Part shown: piece by piece, positions 53,431 through 64,000 of the stretch
Layout: every line of letters begins with the position of its first letter
Numbering within the stretch: the first letter of the stretch is position 1
Assembly: GCF_006345805.1 (NCBI RefSeq)
Contig: NC_043004.1
Coordinates: 4,092,001-4,156,000 of the forward strand
Direction of reading: 5' to 3'
Source of the DNA: Octopus sinensis
Taxonomy: Eukaryota
DNA length: 64,000 nt
Position numbers and translations under genes: made by a program
The notes under the pieces: model-generated
Told to the model about the DNA's origin: nothing
The model's input: the letters and a program-made list of their open reading frames with translations, nothing else
Database searches by the model: none

Positions 53431-53500
53431 TTGTGGATGAAAAATGAGGATGGAAATAAATGGTAAAAAAAAACCAAAAAAATGAGTATGTGTGTATATA

Positions 53501-53540
<40 letters not shown>

Positions 53541-53541
<1 letters not shown>

Positions 53542-54659
53542 CTCTTATGATAAAAGACAGATTTTCTCTGCCTCTGACATAGTTTGTTTTTAATACAATT
53601 GTACAATATAGAATTTCTTCAATTGGAATTTACCTATGATTTTTCGAAGTAGATTCCATTGGGTCATGGCATATAAAGTTTTTTCAATTTGACCCCCAAT
53701 TAAGCAAAAATTCGATAAAACTAAATATTTTACGATTTGCCTCTCTAATTTCAACTGCTTCACTCCTTCTATTACCACACTTTCTCATACTTTCTCTTTG
53801 CAAGTGTACCTTCAACCACTACTCTAAAAAAATACACAGGAAACAGAAACAAATAAATACATAACGATTTACTCCTAACACAATTTATTCAATTGGAATT
53901 TACCTATGATTTTTCGAAGTACATTCCATTTTATATTTTATAAATTAAAATTGGTTTTTAATTTAATTTACTTTCTTCGCTAAGTTTGGTAGGTAGTTTA
54001 ATTTGCGAGCGTACTTCAGTTGTCAATTGTTGAAAGAAACAAATTGTAAGCTAAGAAGGTGTGTGTGCGTGCGGTGTGTGTGGTGGGTGTGTGTCCGTGT
54101 GTGTCTGTGTGTGTGAGTGTGTGTGTGTGGTGTGTGCGTGCGAGTGTGTGTCTGTGTGTGTTGAGTGGACAGATTGTACATACATACATACATACATACA
54201 TACATACATACATACATACATACATACATGTGTGTGTGTGTGTATGTATGTGTATTAATGTGTGTGTGTTATTCTTCTCTATATAAAGCTGAAGTTGTCT
54301 GTGTGCGCCAGGTTTGGTAACCTTCAACTAACACTATCTCCTCCGAGACCTGCGGCGCAAGTTGACAAAATTGAGAGTATGATAGAAGAAAGATTGCTCT
54401 TCCTTCCGTAGAACATAAAATTCAAATCGGACCATGTTAACACCAAAAGTTATTTACATCAAAAAGGGCTTTTTTCTATGAAAATCCCTATTTTTTACGA
54501 TTTTCTCAGTGTGTCGCCACTTTTCGGTGTATTTCAACCAGAAAGATGTTCACTGAAGAGAATAACAAGCTACATAATGCAAATTTTTTACTTTTCAAAA
54601 ATTCCAATTCCAGTGGGTCGAGGTCGAACAAACCGAGCAACGCCGGGCGATACAGCTAG
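53541..54659 (+). mobile_element. Non-autonomous Helitron, copy 1 of the tandem duplication
   Basis: A|TC 5' end; 3' hairpin CCGAGC-AAC-GCCGG followed by CTAG|T; no TSD. Confidence 0.75.
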
Positions 54660-54731
54660 TATATGTATGTAACCACGCAAACATGTGTTGTATATACGCC
54701 TATAGATAGATAGAAGATATAGATAGATAGC

Positions 54732-54762
<31 letters not shown>

Positions 54763-54927
54763 CTAGATAGATAGATAGATAGATAGATAGGCACATGAGT
54801 GACTGCGTGGTAATAGATTGCCTACCAACCACCTGGTTTTGGGTTCAGTCCCACTGCGTGGTCGGGCAAGTGTGGATATATATAATATATTATATACAGA
54901 CAATATATATATATATATATATATATA

Positions 54928-54975
<48 letters not shown>

Positions 54976-54976
<1 letters not shown>

Positions 54977-56092
54977 CTCTTATGATAAAAGACAGATTTT
55001 CTCTGCCTCTGACATAGTTTGTTTTTAATACAATTGTACAATATAGAATTTCTTCAATTGGAATTTACCTATGATTTTTCGAAGTAGATTCCATTGGGTC
55101 ATGGCATATAAAGTTTTTTCAATTTGACCCCCAATTAAGCAAAAATTCGATAAAACTAAATATTTTACGATTTGCCTCTCTAATTTCAACTGCTTCACTC
55201 CTTCTATACCACACTTTCTCATACTTTCTCTTGCAAGTGTACCTTCAACCACTACTCTAAAAAAATACACAGGAAACAGAAACAAATAAATACATAACGA
55301 TTTACTCCTAACACAATTTATTCAATTGGAATTTACCTATGATTTTTCGAAGTACATTCCATTTTATATTTTATAAATTAAAATTGGTTTTTAATTTACT
55401 TTCTGTCGCTAAGTTTTGGTAGTATTAATTTGCGAGCGTACTTCAGTTGTCAATTGTTGAAAGAAACAAATTGTAAGCTAAGAAGGTGTGTGTGTGCGTG
55501 CGTGTGTGTGTGTGTGTGTGTCCGTGTGTGTCTGTGTGTGTGAGTGTGTGTGTGTGTGTGTGTGTGCGTGCGAGTGTGTGTCTGTGTGTGTGTGAGTGGA
55601 CAGATGTACATACATACATACATACATACATACATACATACATACATACATACATACATGTGTGTGTGTGTGTATGTATGTGTATTAATGTGTGTGTGTT
55701 ATCTCTCTCTATATAAAGCTGAAGTTGTCTGTGTGCGCCAGGTTTGGTAACCTTCAACTAACACTATCTCCTCCGAGACCCTGCGGCGCAAGTTGACCAA
55801 AATTGAGAGTATGATAGAAGAAAGATTGCTCTTCCTTCCGTAGAACATAAAATTCAAATCGGACCATGTTAACACCAAAAGTTATTTACATCAAAAAGGT
55901 GCTTTTTTCTATGAAAATCCCTATTTTTTACGATTTTTTCACTGCTGTGTCGCCACTTTTCGGTGTATTTCAACCAGAAAGATGTTCACTTGAAGAGAAT
56001 AACAAGCTACATAATGCAAATTTTTTACTTTTCAAAAATTCCAATTCCAGTGGGTCGAAACAAACCCGAGCAACGCCGGGCGATACTGCTAG
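54976..56092 (+). mobile_element. Non-autonomous Helitron, copy 2 of the tandem duplication
   Basis: Same termini; near-identical to 53541-54659. Confidence 0.75.
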
Positions 56093-56134
56093 TATATATG
56101 TAAACACGCAACATGTGTTTGTTTATATACGCAT

Positions 56135-56225
<91 letters not shown>

Positions 56226-56226
<1 letters not shown>

Positions 56227-56340
56227 GCACATGAGTGACTGCGTGGTAAGTAGATTGCCTACCAACCACATGGTTTTGGGTTCAGTCCCACTGCGTGGGT
56301 ACCTCGGGCAAGTGTGTATATTATACATAATATATTACAT

Positions 56341-56392
<52 letters not shown>

Positions 56393-56650
56393 ATATATAT
56401 ATATATATATATATAATTATATATATAATATATATATAATATATTGTATATATTTGTGTGTCTGTGTTTGTCCCCCACCCCACCATCGCTTGCAACCGAT
56501 GCTGGTGCGTTTAGGTCCCCGTAACTTAGCGGTTCGGAAAAAGTGACTGATAGAATAAGTACTAGGCTTACAAAGAATAAGTCCTGGGGTCGATTTCTTC
56601 GACTAAAGGTGATGCTCCTGCATGGCCGCAGTCAAATGACTTAAACAAAT
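56226..56650 (+). mobile_element. SINE family B, head and tail separated by (TA)n
   Basis: Head at 56226-56315 and tail at 56450-56650 match the 52397 copy. Confidence 0.85.
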
Positions 56651-56708
56651 AAAAGTATAGAAGATTAAAAAACGGGAAAAGATTAATATATATATATATA
56701 TAATATAT

Positions 56709-56756
<48 letters not shown>

Positions 56757-57113
56757 TACACACATGCATGTGTGTATTTATATACTCATATAGAAACATA
56801 GATAGATAGATTAATTTCATTTTTTATTTGTTTCAGTCATTAGACTCCGGCCATACTGGAGCACCGCCTTGACGAACTTTTAGTTGAATGAACCAACCCC
56901 AATACTTTTTTCTTTTTAAGCCTGGTACTTATTTTATGGGTCTCTTCTGCCGAACCGCTAATGCTACGGAGACGTAAACATACCAACACCGACTGTCAAG
57001 CGGTGGTGCAAACACACACACACACACACACACATATAAAATGTGACCTCGTGTGTATCGTTGGAGATTTTTTTTCCTCTGTCTTCCCTTCTCTGGATCT
57101 TTCCTTCTCCTAT

Positions 57114-57148
57114 GTTTCCGACGAAGAGCTCCGCTCGAAACGTTAAAC
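57114..57148 (+). ncRNA. 35-nt minimal hammerhead motif (U4C, extra A after A9)
   Basis: GTTT-CCGACGA-A-GAGC-TCC-GCTC-GAAA-CG-TT-AAAC; palindrome AACGTT. Confidence 0.72.
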
Positions 57149-58809
57149 CCTCCTTCTTCCCTTTTTTCCTGATCGTCCAATAATTCTATATTTGTTCCAC
57201 GTCCTCGTGTTGTGTTTTTTTTTTGTGCTTTCTTGTTTGGATTAACTTTAACTATCATAATATATATATATACGACAGGCTTCTTTCAGTTTCCGCCTAC
57301 CAGATCCACCCACAAGGCTTTGGTTGGCTCGCGGCTATAGCTGAAGACCATTACCTAAAGTGTCATGCAGTGGGATTGAACCCAGAATCATGTGGTTGGG
57401 CAGCAAAGTTCCTACCACACAGCTACGCTTGCGCTTATGTAGATATATAGAGAGAGAATGGATAGAGAGAAAGAGAGAGAAAGAGAAAGAGAGGATGGAT
57501 AGAGAAAAAGAGAGAGTGAGAGAAAGATGATGAATAGAGAGAAAAAGAGAGAGAGAGGGGAAGAGAGAGAGCTGCATCTATGGTTGCATTAATATAGTGC
57601 CAATATTTTCTTATCAGTAAACTTGCCACGTCTGTTTTATATGTATGAATGCATATTCTGTGTGTTTGTTGTTTGTGTGTGTGCGTGTGTGCTTTGGTCT
57701 GCAGTGTAATATTTAACCCTGAAGCAAGAATTAAATTCCAAAATCTCATGACAAAATCTTCTTTTATGAGGATTCCTAATTTTAAACTTCTCAATAAGAA
57801 TTTTATAATTACAACTCTTAAGAATTGCTTAAATAATCTGGACAACTTGGATTTCATCATTGTCTCTCAGTGAATAAGATTTCTCCATAATCCCCTTACT
57901 TATTACCATTCTCCCCGCCGCTGCCAACACCACTACCACCACCACCATCATCATCATTATCATCATCATCATCATCGTCATTACTATCATCATGGTAGTC
58001 GTTGCCATCATTGTTAAGCCAATATTATTATCACTATCATTAAGAGATGAACGACAATGGCCCGAGGTTACTCTGATTGTCAACAACAACATAGATTTTA
58101 TTGAGTCATGAGCTGCGACGGCCTTGAGTTAGTCTAAATGTCCACAAGAACACATTATATCAAAACATGAATTCAATGACCTGAAGTTACCCTGAGCGTC
58201 GGCAAGGATACATTACACAGTCTCATCTGGAACAATTCCAGATCGAACATAACAGACAACTTCTAGAAACTTTTAGCTATTTTTTTTTCTTCTTTTTTTT
58301 TTTTGTTTCTGTCGTTCAAATTGTGGCCATTCCGGTATATTTTTTCCGGGCACATTGTATGTGAGACTGCATTGTCCAGTATGTCCTTTTAAAAAGAAAA
58401 AAACAATAAAAAACAATAAGATTTGACTCGGGGTAGATTTGGTTACTAATTCTGGTAAGTCGAGCAACAATGTAGAGGTTCCCCTGTCGTTTGGTTAGGC
58501 AGTTTTATCGAGGGACACTGCTGGTTTGTGTCAAGTTCGAATACTAGGACATGAGACGTTTTGGTACAGGCGTTTTGGTCCCATCTATTTGGCGTTGCTG
58601 GTTTAACACAGATTTATTTGATACCAGACATCCTGTCTGTCCTTCAGTCTCTCTCTTTCTCTCTCTCTCCCTCTCTTTATTTCCCTCACTCTCTCTTTCT
58701 CCCTCTTTCTCCTCTTTCTCTCTCTTCCCCTCTCTTTCACTCTCTCTCTCTCTTTACCCTCTCTCTGTTTATATTTCCCCCCTCTCTTACTCTCACTTTA
58801 CTTGTTTAT

Positions 58810-58858
<49 letters not shown>

Positions 58859-59299
58859 TTGTGTATTTTTCTGCACATGTGTAGATGTGTGATGTGTTTG
58901 CCTCCAGTGTTTAAACATTTCTGTCACAAAAACAAGTTCGATGTGCAGTCAGCTGCGCCAAATGGCCACCGTCCAATCAGCCGCGCCCGACCGTCTCAGT
59001 CCGCCAAGATACAATAGAGGAAATGAAAGACGACCGACGCCTTCTTGTTGACTGTCTACAACTCACCTTCTTGTGAGCTTCCGGTTGTTCATTGGTTCTC
59101 TAGTAAAAGTTCCCTTGCAAACTTCTTTTCACAAGAAACGTTTGGCAATATTTATATGTCTGATGCCTATTATGAAAGAGGTAAAAGAAGACTGAAAACC
59201 ATGCGGTCTGTTATTTCCTTTCCAACGAATTCCTCCACGACTTCTTCCAGTATCTCTAGAAAAAGATATGATGATAGGGGGAGAGAATTTGTAACTTAC

Positions 59300-61050
59300 T
59301 ATGAATTTTATGGCAGTTGGATGACAGGAGCAAGTACAACATAAAGGAAACGAAGAGGCGCTTAAAAGTTTAACGACCGATATGCTTGCAACAAGGGTGG
59401 TTTGCCAGAGCTAAGGCGCGATCTCTAAGACACGAAGGGACAAAAGTCATTCGATGGACCTGGTTGGTGGAATCGCAACAAAACCGCTATTCGGGCTTTG
59501 GCCGACCGTGAAAAATGCTTACTATTCCATTTTGAGTTGAAATGCGCGGCTTTTCAGCGGCACTTCGCTCGGGTGTTCGAGACGAGTGGTGAACTTCAGT
59601 GCCTACTTCGATGGTCTGCCGCAATTTTCGGGGGCAGAAGTGGAATGATGTGAAAAGCTGTTAACAGCCACTGAAACACAGGTGGCGATGGTTAACTTCA
59701 CGGCAGGCAAATCGCTTTGGTTTGAATAGTCTGCTTTACGAACTGTATGCTGATATACCAAACTTGCTCGATGACCCCTTAATAAACGTCTATCGAAACA
59801 AGAAGCACAAAGGAGGATTCCCATTTCTGTCAGCCGAGGAGTGGTGTCACAATTGGGAGATACGAATGGAGGGGACATATGATATATTTCGGTCCATAAC
59901 TCTGAAAAATGCAGATTTCAAACATTTTGCAAAGGGGTTAGCGAAGAGATCGGCATTTGTCATCAGTGATGTTTAGATATGCTCCATTCTGAACATATCT
60001 ATCTATCACAACCACCACTTTAAGTAATATGTCATAGACAGGGTAGGTATCGAACGCGATGCGACATCAATCTACTTAGTTCAATCAAAAATCTCCAATA
60101 AGATCGACCACCAATACTTAGCGGTTGCCTTCGCAGCAATCCATTGCGATCCCATTCTCAAGGGCTGAATCGTTGCAATGTGACATCTATTCGGAGGTCA
60201 GTGAATACGGTCTCTTAGCAGAAATGTTCCCTTTCATACACTCAGACCGTCAAGATTGACCTCTATCGTCTCTTTTCTATGTATTAACTCTAGAGCTACC
60301 ACTGCAAAACATGAACTAGCTGCAGAATATTTGTGTCAGTTAATGCGGATGATGACACTACCATAGTGTCGGACATCAACCACATCTGGGTAATCGGCAC
60401 CATTTTAAAAGACTACGAAACGATGACAGCAGCTAAAATTAACTAGGAAAATTTGATGGATCTGCAGCAAGATATCTGGGGAAGCAGGTTCATGCCATCC
60501 AACAGTATCGTGGAGCGCTAGACGATTAAATTATTAGGTGTCCTGTTTGTTCCAGATCTTCGGATAGACGAAAACTGGGAATAGATGACGAATGGAGTGG
60601 CCATTATCACCAGAAATGATTTGAGATTAAGCTTTTCCTGAAAGGTCGGGTAGACGTAGCAAACACCTACATTGTCTCCGTCATTTATTACCTATTTCTT
60701 TACCACCCACAAGGGGCTAAACACAGAGGGGACAAACAAGGACAGACAAACGGATTAAGTCGATTACATCGACCCCAGTGCGTAACTGGTACTTTATTTA
60801 TCGACCCCGAAAGGATGAAAGGCAAAGTCGATCTCGGCGGAATTTGAACTCAGAACGTAACGGCAGACGAAATACCGCTAAGCATTTCGCCCGGTGTGCT
60901 AACGTTTCTGCCAGCTCGCCGCCTTATTACCGCCTGACCATTGTGCCGAGACCCGGTTCATATCTGATCGGACAGGAACATCTATTCTTCCGCATTTTGT
61001 GGAAAGTATGCGTTCTACTAGAGTACCACTCAATTGTCTCGATTGATTAA
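59300..61050 (+). mobile_element. Degenerate L1/Tx1-clade LINE RT region, interrupted by a SINE
   Basis: ARSLRHEGTK, LLYELYADIPNL, FRSITLKNADFKHFAKGLAKR, GRVDVANTYIVSVIYY/RLTIVP. Confidence 0.82.
60693..60923 (-). mobile_element. SINE family A inserted in the Tx1 ORF, with an 8-bp TSD
   Basis: TTATTACC at 60685-60692 and 60924-60931. Confidence 0.95.
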
Positions 61051-62798
61051 ATCGGCAAAAACTACTTTCTTCGTACCGTCATCAAACAAAAATCTGGTTT
61101 TGTGACAGAAAGAATTATAATCAAAGTCAGCAGATAGTAAAATCACTAGAGCGCAAGAGCTTTCTGAGTTCAAATTTAGTCCTCTAAATCTCACTTTTAA
61201 TCCTCCCGGGGTCGATAAAAAAAATTACTTCTCATGATACTTAAAGTGATTTCTCTTCACCATGCGTACGTATTTGTGGTTGTAACAAAACTGTAAACAT
61301 CTTTTCAAGGTCGATAATTAAGAAATCTATTAACAGGAATTACTTCCCTTTTTTATTACAGCTGAATATTTTTCAGCTTTGATTAATTCATAAAAGTGAT
61401 TGGCCCAGGAATCTAAACTGAATATGTATGTTATATCACGTAATGCTTGACTTTATGATCTGGTGAAACTCCTAATAATTACTATCCTATTTTTCAGTTG
61501 ATAACTATCTGCTTTAGAAAATGGTGCAAATATTCATGATGTTGTTCGACAATACGGGACATTCTGAACAACAGATGTGTTATCTCCCTTTACTGGATCT
61601 TCCCCAGTTATGAATTGACATTTTTTTACCACTTCATGTGGTGGTGTTAGAGAGAGAGAGTTGTTGTTTAGCCCCAAATCAGTCCCGATTGAGCAAATCT
61701 ATAGTCTAAAGCGTCCCAGTCTTGACTATTCCATCTTTTTTATTCAGACATTGTCTAATCAGAACTGCATAATCAAATATGTCCTTTATTTCTTTTTCTT
61801 CGCTTTATTTTTTCCCCTTTTCTTCGCTTTTACTTTCTTTCTTTTAAAGCCTGACTATAGATTGTGATCTGAGGGATATGTTGTTGTTATTTATCGCAGG
61901 ACTAACAACTACATAGAAGATCCGATATTGGGTCGTGCTTCTATAGTTCACCAGCTAAAACGCCTAGGAACACATACATTCGACACACAGGGCTACCTAA
62001 CATTATCAATATGCGTAACTTTCGAAAATCCATGTACATGGTACCTTCCTCCACCGCATGACCTGGCCTTAGGATACTTTTAGCAAAATCCCCTTTATTG
62101 CAAGCAATAGCACCATTGTCTTTGGTCAAAGAATAAATTCCACTCTTCTCTCTTCTTCATCCTCTGATGAAACAATAATGAAAATAAACGAAAATTAAAA
62201 TAAAAGATTTTATTTTAAAAATGAACTGCTGTATGGTTGTGAAACCAGATTCGAAAAATAATAACAATTATGGCGAATCTTCCGAGCTCACCCTATCGAA
62301 ATTTAAATCTGCTTGATAAACATGTTAGTGGAGTATCATTGACATGTAAACATATTTCTTAGCTTTAGGTAAATACATATATGTATATACATATATATAT
62401 ATATATATATATGTATATAAATTCAGTATCCAGTCAACTGTGATTCAGTATCATTCGCAAATGAAACATTTCTCAAACGGTGTCACTAATAACTATAAGA
62501 GATGAAGCACAGCTCTACCTTTATTTGTCTCTCCCTCCCTCCCTCTCTCTCCTCTCGCGACACACACACTTTATATAAGTGAAAGTTTGTGGAGTCATTC
62601 GACCATCAAGAAATAGCAGTCAAATCTGCCTCAAATCAAATGACACCATCTTTAAAAAAAAATAATTAAATACAATAAAACAGAAAGTAGACAATGCAGA
62701 CTTAGACACTTCTAAAATGGAATGTCTTGTCCATATCCCTGCAAGATGATGTTTTTTTTTTCTTGTCGACCCCCAGAAAGATAAAGGCAGAGTTAACC

Positions 62799-63591
62799 GG
62801 TGCTACTTTGGCGTGAAATCTACAACTTAGAGGGCGATTACTTTACGTTGCTGTTTAGTTTATTTTGTGTTAGTGCTCATTTGGCGTGTGATCTACGTCA
62901 GCAAATTTACTTCGGTGTGTGATAATTTTATCGATGAATTGAGCGAACATCTGCTTGAAACGCAAGAAAAAAAATCTTCAAAGCTTTGATTGAAAGGTTC
63001 TTTGGCCCACTTCTCTCGTCTTTTTCAAAAGAATCCAACCAGGTTCTTTCAGTAGCTTGAACATTGGTTCCAGTGTTTGGATCAACATAATGTCTTTGGT
63101 GGTTGACAGTAAAATGGCATAAATTTAGACGATTTACATTGGAGTATGCTGGTCATCCGTTGGAATTAATAACCAAATTTTCTACAACTTCTCTTTGAAT
63201 TATGGGTTCGAGTGTTTCACGATTTCTTTTTTCTACATAAAAATAGCAGCAATCTGCACATTCCAAACCTCTTCTAATCTCACTTTGATTGTTTCTGTTG
63301 GCTACAGATGAGGAAGAATGCTGAAGACCATTTTCTTGCGTTTCTATCAAATATTACTTCAATTCATTGATAAAATTATCTTAATAATAATAAAACCATG
63401 TTTCATTTATGTCTTAGTAAATAAAGAGGCCAAGAATAAACAATATAATTCAAATGAGCGTGTAGATCACACACCAGAGCAAATTTGCTGACGTAGATCA
63501 CACGACAAAGTAGAACTAGCACAAAGTAAATTAAAAAAGAAACCTAAAAGAATCGCCCTTTAAGTTGTAGATCACACGCCAAAGTAGTACC
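62799..63591 (-). mobile_element. Internally deleted Merlin (IS1595/ISXO2-like) DNA transposon, 793 bp
   Basis: ~130-bp TIRs starting GGT(G/A)CTACTTTGGCGTG with internal repeats; 8-bp TSD AGTTAACC/AGTCGACC; minus RNRETLEPIIQREV..INSNG*PAYSN..HFTVNHQRHYVDPNTG. Confidence 0.9.
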
Positions 63592-64000
63592 AGTCGACCG
63601 CTGCGGGAATTATACAGTTACGAACAAATATTCTACCTCAGGTCAGTCTTGAACGAATGACCACCATCTCCCTTTTCATGACATAGCGTAACCGGAAATA
63701 TATTATCGAATTTGTACTTTCTTCTTTTCTTTTTAAGAACTGAAGTTTGTGATATGAGTAATGTTTCTGACATATTGAGCAACGACATAGATCTTCCGTT
63801 GGGTTATGTCTCTATGATGCATCAATAAAGAGTTCTGAAAGGATATATCATAGATATTCTAAGCCGCCCAAAACTGGATATGCAGGTGTCAACGTTTTTT
63901 GTTTATTTGCCTGTTGTTGTTTTTTCTTTTCTTTTTTCTTTTCCTTTTTTTGTTTACTTTGTTTTGTTTTGTTTTTTCACTTCGGCAATGTAAGAGATTG

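Noticed and set aside
62160-62195. CTGATGA..GAAA
   Set aside because: No stem II, and it sits in A-rich sequence

Overview
Eukaryotic, AT-rich, microsatellite-saturated DNA in which I can find no host protein-coding exon. The SINE families and repeat style look like an Octopus-type cephalopod genome; this is recalled similarity, not verified. Most of the ORF track is translated simple repeats. The window is a nested transposon graveyard: five Penelope-like element (PLE) fragments, RTE, CR1, L1/Tx1 and R4/Dong-like LINE fragments, three tRNA-derived SINE families, Tc1/mariner remnants plus a MITE, non-autonomous Helitrons, and a Merlin (IS1595-like) element nested inside a SINE. There is a 100-N gap at 42127-42226. 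The most striking unexplained signal is about ten minimal type-I hammerhead ribozyme (HHR) motifs with palindromic stem III, from several sequence families. One is fully canonical (7762-7839, minus) and sits at the 3' end of a young PLE. One carries a compensatory U3-A8 core (16754-16797, minus). Three carry U4C, and at least two have an extra nucleotide after A9. Several sit in short non-coding elements bounded by microsatellites. All structures were folded by eye and none has been tested for cleavage.
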